Positions 1 to 11,570 of a stretch of DNA of 64,000 bases are shown piece by piece. This DNA comes from Rozella allomycis CSF55 (lineage: Eukaryota), in contig KE560903.1 in the NCBI GenBank assembly GCA_000442015.1, forward strand, positions 1 through 64,000. Direction: 5' to 3'. The position numbers were made by a program, and so were the translations under genes. Position 1 is the first letter of the stretch. Each line of letters begins with the position of its first letter. The notes under the pieces were generated by a model. That model ran no database searches and was not told the DNA's origin. It saw only the letters and a list, made by a program, of their open reading frames with translations.

Positions 1-2037
1 AAGAATACATTTAGGAAATGCTAGAAGATCAATCCAAGGGACAAGGGTGATAAGTGCGATATCACAGCATCAAAAGCTTAGACGGTGAAATCATCAAAAG
101 TTTTCGTTAGTTTTGTAGGAGGATAATTATTCAAATATCGGGGCTGAAATTGAATTGACTGAAAAAATTATTCAAACTTATCATTTAGGTCACCTTGATT
201 TATTGGATAATATGGTAACATAAACATACGCAATGGAAAACTAAAAGAATAGTATTCTTTGTCTTAACAGGGTTTGGAATGATAGGTGTTTCAATTCAAT
301 CATCCTTGGTTACTGAAATCAGAGATGGCAAAGAAGAAGAAGAATACTGGGCAAAGATCAAAGTCTAAAAAGGACCCTTTAGATAAAGAATTTGAATTAG
401 ATGTAACTTTAACGAGATTGAAGTATCACCTTGCTAATTATGTTATTTAGGGCAGAGCATTCACAAATCTCACGCAAATTCTTTGGAAAGAGGAACAACG
501 AACTGTAATAGTCATATGTATCTAGCTATAGTGATCAATACAATAAACATCTAAGGTCAAAGTTTAAAGAAGCTCAAAAAATGTACGTAATAGCAATTTG
601 GCAACATCAAATAGTTTTCAGAAACAAGCTACCTAATGGACGACATGGATGTCTTCAAATACAAATCAAAGAAGACCATTTTGGAAAATCGCGTCGAACA
701 CGAAAGTGCACCAGAGATTCCCAGTGAGTGGATGAATCATGTACAAAGTAATGACAGTTATTTTAAATTCCTTTCTTATTTTGCCAAATCAACGTCTTTA
801 GATAAATCTACAAATCCTATTCGAACTATAAATGGGTTAAACAAGCATTTGTCTTCTTTCATCAATATATTAGAAGATCTTCCTTTTGGCCCTGTAGAAG
901 AATTCAAAAAGGAAGTCGATAATATCAATCAAAGAAACGAATTAGAATGCAAATCCATGCTGAAGAAGATAAAAGATTCAAACGACATTTACAAAGAGCT
1001 TCAAGAAAAAGTAAGGGAATTGAACTTTTATGAGGTACAATGGCAAAGTAAATTTTTGATAGGATGTTTTATCAAGCAAGCACGATGACGAAATTCGATT
1101 CTTGAAAAGTAAATTGGAAAAGTACAAAGAGACCAACCATAGAATTGAATCAATCGAGATGCAAAGGCATAAGCATACAGTTGATAGGCTTAAATACAAT
1201 ACTCAGAACAATATTAAAGATATCCAAAAGGAAGCTTATGAAAAACCCTTTAAACAGCGATTACATTGGAAACACAAGTTCAAGAAAACCTTGAAGGTGT
1301 TCGATCTGGCTGATTGTAGAATTGAATTACTCTCCAATCTCCAGACAATTGAAAATGAATACAGATAAACCGAATAAGCAAAATACATTTCTTTATGAAA
1401 TAGTTAATGGCATCAAATTGATGCGAATCAACAACCCACCTTAGGTGCAGACTGCAGGGCAATAAATTTGACGTCATAAATGGAATTAAGGGAGGGTATA
1501 GGTATTACAAATAAATATTTTCATTTGGATCATTGGGACACAATATTTAAGCTGTCGCTCCATGCGCTCATAGAATCTTAATCCTCGTAAATTGGATAAT
1601 NCTATTAAAGATATCCAAAAGGAAGCTTATGAAAAGGCCATGGCCGCTTTAAACAGCGACTACATTGAAAAATTTAAGAAACACAAGGACTTGAATACCA
1701 CCTTCAATGTTTTTCAAAATGAAATGGCTAAACTTGTAGATTACAACGATAAGCTAGCCGAAGAAAACCTTGAAATCACAAAGGTTTTAGATCGGGCAGA
1801 TTGGAGCTTTGCATATTATGAATTACTCTCCAGACAATTGAATACAGATAACCCAAATAATCCAAATACATTTCTTGATGAAATTGTCAATAGTATTAAA
1901 TTGATGAAAATCAACAACCCGCTTCAAGTGCAGGGTAAAAAATTTGAGGTCATAAATGGAATTGAGGGAGGGTGTAAATACTATGAATAAATATTTCTTA
2001 TTTTATATGAATAATTGGAATTGACACAGTATTTAAA
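1..2037 (+). pseudogene. Degenerate, locally duplicated fragments of an unknown coiled-coil protein gene
   Basis: ORF fragments at 636-1088, 1102-1368 and 1592-1990. About 1213-1550 and 1604-2037 are diverged copies of each other (KDIQKEAYEK), and about 528-925 recurs at 4760-5031. Stops and frameshifts present; N join at 1601. Confidence 0.5.
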
Positions 2038-2222
2038 CACGCATGAACTCGCGGAGCAGATTGAAGGATACACTTGGAAATAGTTATTCTATTTATTTTC
2101 GATCGTCAAATGGTCGATTCACATTTCACAATGTTCGATCGTCAATTGTCAATCTCTTTACATATGAGTTCCTCCTATTTATGCAAGGGATACCATATGC
2201 GTGGTATATTTTTAGACTATAG
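2035..2222 (+). repeat. Decayed copy of the CatSper2 5' exon and first intron
   Basis: aaacacgcatgaactcgcggagcagattg...ctcctatttatgca...ggtatattttt..ctatag aligns by eye to 5111-5321. Confidence 0.8.
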
Positions 2223-2398
2223 TATAAGCCTCTCATATGCATAAAAAATGACGTGACATGTGACATTTTGGCGCAGCCAAGCAGAAAATGGTATTAGCTC
2301 AAAATGCCAATAATCGTTTCTGAAGTCCGGGTCGTAAACTCTCCATCCGATAAATCAGTATTTAAAAAGTTGATATATTTAAAAAAAAATATCTATCC

Positions 2399-2584
2399 AA
2401 TAAAAGATTCGCAAGGTTTAGTGATGTTTCTGCCATGTGTTCGAAATGGTCAAGTTAAGGCAGAAACAGCGTTCCATAGATGTTTTGATTTTTCAAAAAG
2501 AATTTGTTCTAAATTTTACCCAGCAATTCCTACTTCACATGCTTTTTACTTGTTTCTCCTTAAAACAGGAGTTTTCATGAAAGT
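2399..2584 (-). repeat. Dispersed repeat, inverted homolog of 60854-61042
   Basis: Reverse complement shares agaaacaagtaaaaagc, caaattctttttgaaaaa and gcagaaacatcactaaaccttgc with 60854-61042. Confidence 0.85.
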
Positions 2585-2900
2585 TCGCATTAAAACAACA
2601 TTTATAACACTAAATACTAAAGATTTTAGGCTAGGTTCTAGTCAACCGTAGCCAGCCAGCGCTGATGGAGTTATCTGAAAATAACTCTATGGTGTAAGTC
2701 CCTTGATTGTCTTTACAATCGCTGTGGTACTTGAGGACTCATCTACGGTATACAAAAGAAAGCAATAAATAAATAAATAAATAAAATAAAAATACTAAAG
2801 ATGGTAAAATAAAAGGCGATATCATCATGTCTTTTCCAATATTACTTTACAATTTCCCTTATTAAACAAAATCGACATAATTATTTAAAATTATTTAAAA

Positions 2901-4630
2901 ATGATTCATCAATGGAAGAACGATAACGATTAATTAGCTCTTTTTATCCATTCCGATGAGTCAATGAATTATTTTAAGTAATTTCGTAATGGCTGTGCAA
3001 ACCTTAAATTACAAAATGCTAAATCGGATGAAACTGACCCCTGTAATATATTTGCTATGGACTTCACTACTCAACAAATCAAAGAGACCATAGCCGAAAT
3101 CAATCATATCAAGTCTTTATGGAAAGATAATTTTGACTTGTGGAGTGATGAAGACAAATACCGGTTTGGTACTGCTGATGGTAAAAAAGACAAGCAAGAA
3201 ATGAAAAAAACATGAGAATTGTTTGAGAAAAAGGCTAGAACAGTTGACGGAATTGCTTTTGAAACAGTCAGTTAAAAACGCCGTTTGAGTTTGATTAGTA
3301 GTGCCTATGGAAGTAGATCTATTACAACGTGGTAAAGATGAAAAGATGGAAGTTCCGTTTGATGCAAATAGCTATAAACTTGATTTCCCCTTTTTTCAAT
3401 CAAACGGGGAAACTTATCTCCCTGTCATTGGTAGAAACGCGCAATTCGATAAAATCAACAGCAATATAGTTTTGAACCTAAGGAGTCGACAAAAGTATCA
3501 ACCTATTATGATTTGTGGCAGCCATGGAATTGGCAAGATAAACTTAAAATCGAAGACAGAAGGGGTAAAATTGCAGATTACATTAAGAGCCAAATTCCAG
3601 GGTTGAATGTGGAAGATCTATTTTTTGACTTTCAGCATTACTACAATAATTGCGATATAAAAGGTTTGGGTCTAGCTTTTGAGCGCTTGGTTGTTGCAAG
3701 TATGGCAGTTCGGTCTTATCTCTTGGGTGAACCCGTCACGCTAGAAGGTGTTCGACATAGAGGATGACACTCTGATGAATTATATTGCTCACATCCAGGG
3801 GATCTCTGTTGAAATGAAAATCCAAAGAATCAAAATTTACGAGCTTGAAATCTCAATGGGACACTACAGAGGCTTATGGAAGAAATCTTATCAAATTACC
3901 ATGGAAACCAACCTTATAAAAAGGACGCAAACATTGAATAAACCCCGGTTCATTACTGGTTCATTAATAGTTTATTGGTTTAACCTTACCGAAAGGCATT
4001 TCATCTTTAGCAAGTTAATACACCAATCTCTCATCACACTTCTTCCATAAGCCTCTGTGACCAATTCAAATCATCCAAAAACAATCGTTACTAATCTCAA
4101 CTCTTTTAAGTTTTTTTAAGTATTTCTTTATTAACTGAATAATAATACTAAGAAAACAAAGTCAATCCATACTAAAGAAACCAATTTATTAAAAATTAAG
4201 AATCTCGTACCCAGATGGAGAGCACTCTGCCGCCGAAATATCTGAATTGTCTGGCCCGATTATTCACAACATTAATTCTGGAAACGCTCACCATGATGCT
4301 CTTTTTAACGCTGAATATTTATCTTCTTTAGGACAACGAGGTCTCACACACGTTGGTATACAATTAAAGTGTTCATCAAACAATCTTTCAACAAATAATG
4401 TTCTAAATCAAATGCTTATTAGAAAACATCAAATGGAAGAATTGGATTTGTTGCTTTGGATTTATCTCAATGCTTATCGTGAATCTGCACCATCAAATGA
4501 AAACATTGACCTCTTGATCAAGCAAAAGCGTTAAGCTTTCGTTAATCCATCTGGCTGCTGCAATGGCGTGGCATTGAATTTGTTGGCGTTGCTAAAGAAA
4601 GTGAAAAAGGAAAAGGGAGAAAATAAATAA
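2901..4630 (+). pseudogene. Crinkler-like P-loop NTPase + restriction-endonuclease-fold gene, fragmented
   Basis: LPVIGRNAQF...PIMICGSHGIGK (Walker A-like), GLAFERLVVAS, and HHDAL...GIQLK (PD-(D/E/Q)xK-like) lie in different frames with stops. Confidence 0.5.
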
Positions 4631-5105
4631 AATATTCTTTTTATTTGGGTCTTAATAGAAAATGTATAAAAATTTTGTTTTTTGCAATCTATTAACTCTT
4701 ACTGATGCTATCCAAAATATTATTTTTATCGATCCTCGTTCAACGACATAACGAATTGTTAGATCAATACAAACATGATCCAAGGTCAAAGTTTACAGAA
4801 GCCCAACGAATATACCTTATAACAGTTTCGCAACATCAAATATTGTAGAAACAAGCTACCTAGGAATCATTCCCGCAGTCGCACCACTTTTTTCATTTCC
4901 CAAATCCATAAATCCTATTCGTCGTATTCTATCTGTAAATGGGTTAAAACAAGCATTTGTCTTCTTTTATCAATATATTAGAAGACCTTCCTTTTGGCTC
5001 TGTAGAAGAATTCAAAAATAAAGTCGATAATAGACGTTTTCCCAAAAAAATTGAAAAGGTGAAAACAAAAAGGCGAAATAGTGATCATTCGNAAGCCACA
5101 GATCA

Positions 5106-7039
5106 ATGGAAAACACGAATGAACTCGCAGAGCAGATTGGAAGCAACACTTTGCAACGAATTTCAAAAGTCTTTCATGACTTGTCTATGAATACTCACTA
5201 TTTTCGATCGAAACTGCTAGAAGAGTTTCAATTGGTCGATTCGTTGACAGATGAGTCCATTGTGCAAACTCCTATTTATGCATCAAGGGATATAACTGGT
5301 ATATTTTTGTTTCACCTATAGTTAGATTCAAATACAAGAGACAAAGTGTTGGAGAATCCTAATCAATTGATTAAATTTAAAATATTTAGACGTGAAAAAG
5401 AAGAGGTGGATTTAAGTCAGATAGATAGAAGACTGACAAGGACGAAAAACATCTATTCGCTTCCTATAGGTGCATGGGCTGGTTGGGTAGTCAAAAACAA
5501 ATGGTTTAGCGGGTTTATGCTTTCATTAATACTTTTGAACTCGGTATTGTTTGCACTTGAAGTTGGTAATGCACTTGGTATAATGTCATAGAACTTTCGA
5601 GCCAACAAAAAGACTACTGGGTTCTATTTCAGGCCATTCAATTAATTGATATCATATCGATTATATTCTTTTACATTGAAGTAGTTTTGATGTGGACTGA
5701 TAATTTTAAAGCATATTGGAAAAATGGATGGAATATATTTGACTTGACATTACTCAGCCTCGTACAATTAATTGCATCTATTTTTTCTAGTCCACGTTAC
5801 CGCGGCTTTTTGATTTATTTGCTTATGGGAGTTCTTTATCTGCTGCTTCTGAAAACTTGAGAATATTCAGGGTTGTGAGATGTTTGAAAATTGTTACCAA
5901 ATTTGATAGTTTGAAAGTCATTGTATTAACCCTTTTGGGTACGATGAGGTCGATGATGTTTATATTATTGCTTCTATTCGTTGTAGCATATATTTATGCA
6001 ATTTTAGCAATCAATTTATTTGACACGTCGGGTCGGTCCAAGATAAGTGGATCACTTGAATTTTTTGATGGAAGGTGGGCGTAAAAAGCACTATTTAAAT
6101 ATATAATAGCACATTAGGAGATACACTGCAAACTCTATTTCAAATTTTAACGTTGGATCGTTGGTTGTACATTTTAAGAGAGCTGAGTTTAGTGATAAAC
6201 CCCGTGCTGGCTTACATTTATGGGATAGTTTGGGTTTGGTTAGGCGCTTTCATCTTTAGAAATCTCTTCATTGGGATAATGGTTAACAACTTTGAAAAAA
6301 TAGCAGAAAAGGTTAGAGAGCAGCAAGCAGAAACCCAAAAACTGAAAAAATTCGAAAACCTTAGAAGAAAATTAAATAAAGAACTATTTGTTCAAAAGAC
6401 AATGTAAAGTTTATTTATGATGGTCAATTTTAGAAATAAAGACCTTCAAACAGAAAATAAAGAAAAGTTGAAAGACTCGAAACCCTTAGAGGATCCAAGT
6501 AAAATAGACAGGCCAGGTACAGCCGATCAATTCAATTTAAGGACAATCAATGAAAATTCAAAGAAAATAATGCGACGTTCATCTTATCAAGAGGGTGTGA
6601 TTAATCATCCGAACGTTCCTGATCAGTCGAAAGGCACATTTGCAGCCCCGAAGCCAAAAAAATTGAGGGGAATTTTGACTAGAGAGTTTAGCAATGATAA
6701 TGAGAAATCTGAAGTCACAAGAGATGGCAATGTAACAAGCCCAATTGATTCATCCGGCTCTAACAAGGAAGATGTGGTAGGAAAGATAACAGAAATGCTA
6801 AGCGAAAGTCATGGAATATCTAAAGGTAATAAACCTTGATGCGCATAATAGACTGGGAAAAGACGGTTACAGAAACATTAAACGCACTTTATTCGACTTC
6901 AATTGGAGACACTTACTGGCCAAGAGATACAATATTTAGATATTTTAGAACAATGGAAACATTACAGGAAAATATGAAAGAATATCAAGAATTGCAATCT
7001 TTAATGGTTCAGGCATTGCTTGATTTGCATGATGACTAA
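5106..7039 (+). CDS. CATSPER2: Cation channel CatSper subunit 2-like, multi-exon
   Basis: S4 LRIFRVVRCLKIVTKF, pore TLDRW, S6 FIFRNLFIGIMVNNF, and C-terminal WPRDTIFRYF...LQ...VQAL typical of CatSper2. The true start may lie upstream of the N at 5092. Confidence 0.85.
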
Positions 7040-7701
7040 ATATTTATTAAATTCTTTAATTGTAATAAAAATTTTATCTTGTCACTTTTTTGATATTTTC
7101 TCACTCGAGGACTTGTGGAAGGCATCAAAAACACCTTTGCTTCTTTTCCATTTTCAAACTTTATTGACTCCTGTTGTCCATAATCAGCTTTTTGTGAATT
7201 AAAAAATGACAAGTAGGGCTTTTTGCCATTAAAACAAATCACTTTTGGTTTGTAGCGGTTTAACAATCTTTCTATTCTTTGTCTTCCAGAGTTGAATTCT
7301 TGTTGAGATATTTCGCTGACGCTCCTGCTTGGCCTTTCAATGTAGTTGATCATTCCTATTGAATATTTGTGTAATAGGTGCTCCTCCTTTGTACAATCTA
7401 CTTTTTCTGGTACTAATCCTGATTCATAAATGCATTTCCAAAAGTGATTTATTGGATTTGCATAGTAATGCTGTTTTAAAGAACTTTGAATACCTGGATT
7501 TATACCGATAAATAGCAAATTCAAGTCATCTTTGATGTATTCTGGCAAAGGAAGCAATTCGAGATATTTCTTTGTAGATGATGTATGTCTATCCTTCGTT
7601 ACGACAGATTTATACTCATATTTTGATATAAAAGCCATAAAGTTCTCCATTGAAGTCGAAAAAGCCACAAAGCCAATTTTGTTGGAGACTTTGGGTTTCA
7701 T
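7036..7701 (-). CDS. TDG: G/T-G/U mismatch-specific DNA glycosylase (TDG/MUG family)
   Basis: GINPG, HYYANPINHFW, FNGK and MPSTSPR motifs. Confidence 0.92.
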   Translation of the reverse strand: MKPKVSNKIGFVAFSTSMENFMAFISKYEYKSVVTKDRHTSSTKKYLELLPLPEYIKDDLNLLFIGINPGIQSSLKQHYYANPINHFWKCIYESGLVPEKVDCTKEEHLLHKYSIGMINYIERPSRSVSEISQQEFNSGRQRIERLLNRYKPKVICFNGKKPYLSFFNSQKADYGQQESIKFENGKEAKVFLMPSTSPRVRKYQKSDKIKFLLQLKNLINI

Positions 7702-7821
7702 GAAATGTTTTTATAACTTATTTATAAGTTTAGTCAATAATGAGTTTTGAGCCAAAAATTATTAATGCTTTTATAAACAACTGCGTTTCCTAAAAGCGTA
7801 AAGTATTTTCTGAAATTCCCA

Positions 7822-9267
7822 ATGAACAATCCGCCGATTGATCGATTCAATATTGTTTACTTTATTTTCTTTTTTCAAGGGATAGGGATGCTTTTCCCTT
7901 GGAATGTATTCATGAATGCATCTGAATACTTTCGATTGCGTTTCATTGGTTCGAGTTGGGCAGACAATTTCCAAAGCTATTTTGCTATTGCATTCATGCT
8001 CTGTAATTGTAGTTTTATTGCATTATTAATGTATACTAAAGTGGATCATAAAGTAATATTGAAAATATGTAATTGTTAGTTCAGCCTGCCTGTAAGAGTC
8101 GTTTCTGGACTCGTAATGAATGGATTCGTATTCTTATTATCAACAATGCTTACTGCATTTGATTCATTTGCCCCGGATTCGTTCTTCTTTATTACTATGG
8201 GTAGCATTTTATTATGTGGAATTTCTACTGGTATTCTCCAAAAGGGGTTATTTGGCTTGGCAGGCGAGTTTCCACCAATTTACACCCAGGCCATAATGAA
8301 TGGGCAAGGGATTGCAGGATTAGTGGTTACACTCTCAGCCATTTTCACTACATTGTTATCATCAAACGACTATCATGATGTGAAATCAGTGAATCAATCT
8401 GCGTTTCTATATTTCTTGGTCTCTTTGCTGGTTATTTTAATCTCCTGTGCATCATTCGTTCTCCTGACACGAGCCCCTATTTATCGCTATTATACTTTGG
8501 CCTCAAAAAGACAAATTCATGTTGATGAAAAAAAGAATTCAAGTTCTGAATCTCTCGTCCAAAAAGACACTAGTGCCACTTTTCTACCAATTGATAACCA
8601 AGAAGATTTTATACATGTTGAGCCGTCCTTCCTTAACGTCTTTAGTGAAATTAAATGGTTCATCATTTCCATTTTCAATATTTTCTTTGTCACATTGACC
8701 CTTTTCCCATCGTTGAGAATGATTGGGCAAGTTGGCAATTCGATTCCAAACAAAATATTTCCCGCCTTTGTAAACCTAATCTTTCAAATAGGTATCTATT
8801 TAACTTTATGATTTTCATTAGGCGATGTTATTGGGAAGACTTTGCCTAGCATTGGAAGAATAGTCAAATGTCACAATGAAAAGAACGACTATTACCTTCA
8901 CATGTCGTCAATATTGAGATATATATTCCTTCCATTGTTTCTATTTTGCAATATCGCCGTCTATGATCGATATCAGCAGGTATTTTATGTTCTTTGTATG
9001 CGAAACTAGAAAATTGAAGTTCATATGCCCAATTTTTTCAATCAAGATTATCAAGCGTTCTTAATTATCCTCGTTATGGCAATCTCAAATGGATATATCG
9101 CGTCTATTTTAATGATGCGAGCACCACAAAAAGTATCAAATACTTTATTTCGAGAATATGCTGGTTCTTTGATGGCTTTAGCATTAACTTTGGGACTCAC
9201 TGCAGGCGCTTTATTCTCATTTGCACTGAGAGCAATGCTTTGTAGATGTAATCCATTCGTATCTTAA
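7822..9267 (+). CDS. Equilibrative nucleoside transporter (SLC29/Fun26)
   Basis: GIGMLFPWNVF, YTQAIMNGQGIAG, FFVTLTLFP and SNGY motifs; three short introns. Confidence 0.92.
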
Positions 9268-9357
9268 ATAAAATTATTTCTTCACACTTTATTTGCAAAT
9301 TTCGAATCTGATATAAATGAATTGCGTCACCACCCTTGCAAATTTATAAGTGATAGA

Positions 9358-10072
9358 ATGACAAAACCAAAAGTCTTTGTTATAATTTACACTACTTATC
9401 ACCACGTATTTAAGGTATGTTGTATTAAATAAGCTAATTAGATGGCTGAAAGAGTCAAGGCCGGTTTAGAAAAAGCCGGTGTTGAAGCGACTATTTATCA
9501 AGTTGCTGAGACTCTACCAGCAGATGGTAATTGCACAATTATTATTTTTAACAAGTATTGGCAAAAATGGGTGCGCCTCCAAAGCCCAATGTTCCGGTCA
9601 TCACTGCTGCAGATTTGGAAAAGGCTGATGGCTTTGTTTTTGGTTTTCCCACCCGTTACGGTATGATTCCAGCTCAATTTAAAGCCTTTTGGGATTCTAC
9701 TGGCCAATTATGGGCGAAGGGAGCTTTGGTAGGGAAAATGGCGGCAACCTTTACATCTACTGCTACATTGGGCGGTAAAGATGCAACTTTTGAAACAAAG
9801 GTGGTCAAGAGACGACCCATTTAACGTTTATTAGTCAATTGGTTCATCATGGGATTGTTTATGTACCTCTGGGATATACAAATCAACAAATGTTTAATAT
9901 TGAGGAAGTTCATGGAGGATCACCATATGGTGCTGGTTGCATTGCTGGAGGAGATGGAAGTCGTCAACCCAGTGAGTTAGAACTGTCAGTTGCTGAACAT
10001 CAGGTAGATTGTTGTCTCGAAGTAAGATAGGGATCTCATTTTGGCAAGACAATCAGCCAATATAAAAAATAA
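9358..10072 (+). CDS. Flavodoxin-like NAD(P)H:quinone oxidoreductase (WrbA/Pst2/Ycp4)
   Basis: [22 protein letters not shown] (after splicing) and HGGSPYGAG; four short introns. Confidence 0.95.
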
Positions 10073-10118
10073 ATCGATTACTTTTACATATATTTTTTAA
10101 TCCTTTCTGACTTTTCTC

Positions 10119-10247
10119 GCCAGTGAGTGTCTCCAATTGACGTAGAATAAGGTGCGTTTAAATGTTTCGGTAACCGTCTTTTCCCGGTCTATCATGCGTA
10201 TAAAAGTCTCTTACCTTTAGATATTCCATGACTTTCGCTCAGCATTC
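10119..10247 (-). repeat. Inverted duplicate of CatSper2 segment about 6793-6920, including its last intron
   Basis: Reverse complement gcgaaagtcatggaatatctaaaggtaa...gggaaaagacggttac...tcaattggagacac matches the CatSper2 3' region. Confidence 0.9.
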
Positions 10248-10567
10248 TTATTAGGCTAAAGTTAAGCCAGTTCATGGCCAGGTCATTTGACGAATCCCTT
10301 GGATGTGTTGTGACTTGTGATGAGATGAAGTAGATGACAAATGTCCAAACCATTGAAAAATAAAAACAATTTCTTTTCTCAAGCTTATTGAAAACGCGAT
10401 TTTTGTTGTTAAAATTTCAAAATGAAATGTGGGTAGCTGAAGACTTTATACAAGTCGATGGTTTCTATGATAACATCGTGATACTTTTTGACATCTTCAG
10501 TCGATTCTATCTAACTGAGACATATTTTAAAAGACGTCACTCACTTTTTAGGACCCTTGCAAGTTGC

Positions 10568-11457
10568 ATGATATTCGATCTTGAAAAATCGTATTCCTTA
10601 GAGGAGTTCCTAGCACTGAACGAAAACACAGAGTTTCCTGTTGAAATAGATGGCGAAATAATATCTGGATTTGAACTGCTAGGCAACGGAAAATTATCTG
10701 CTATGCCTCAAGCGACTGTTTTTATGGAAAAAACTGTTGTTGAAATCATCACAATTTTAAGGGCTTATGCCTCTTCATCTATTTGTCCCGGTGATGTTAC
10801 TTCTTCCCAAGGGGGTTTCAAGTTTGAAGTTCTTGACCAAGACGGTCGTGTGACAAAAAAGATCCGTGCACCAAATGTATCATTTATCCCACGTCGTGTG
10901 ATGAGAACATTAGATGCCAACCAACTATTCACCTTTAAGGGAGAGCCATTCACTCCAACTTTTGTGGTTGAGGTATGTGATATATCCCAGGAGTCTACCT
11001 TCAACAAGCTTAAAAAGAAGGTGTTAGATGATTATTTCAGCAATCGCTCATCCATTGAGCTGGTTTGGATCATAGATCCTGAAAATAGAAGGGCAGTGGA
11101 GTTTTATAGGAACCGTCAAGGTCGACCAATTCATAGGGATCATCAGCCGTGGGTCAATCTATCGGGTAGAAACGTTTTACCCAGTTTTGAATTGGATGTG
11201 AAAGCCTTAAAATATGTTTTGGAGAAGAATCTTTTGGTAAGTGCATGAAGGAGCAATAATTTTAGAGTGAAACATCAGAGGAAAATGATGAAGATGATAA
11301 AGAATTTCATTGTCCAGAATGTGACTTCACATTCCATAATCGTGCTGACTTTAAATGGCACTATAAATCAGTTCATGTTATCCCAGCGACAAGAGCCAAA
11401 GAGGACAGGAAAAGGGCAAGAGGAAAGTCATTGTCTCCAAGGAAGAAAAGGAAATGA
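10568..11457 (+). CDS. Uma2 (DUF820) PD-(D/E)xK-fold protein with C-terminal C2H2 zinc finger and NLS
   Basis: YSLEEF, SSQGGF, RAPNVSF, PTFVVEV, LVWIIDP and VLPSFELD. After the 29-nt intron 11237-11265 come CPECDFTFHNRADFKWHYKSVH and SPRKKRK. Confidence 0.8.
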
Positions 11458-11570
11458 TAAATCGATTACATTTAAATGTAACATTTAACCTTTTTTAACT
11501 TTTCTCTTATGTTCTTGCATGAAATGCCAATTAGAAAAAGTTGATAGATTAAAATAAGTATTATGTAATT

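Noticed and set aside
2304-2651. 115-aa ORF
   Set aside because: Overlaps a degenerate dispersed repeat and has no recognisable motif
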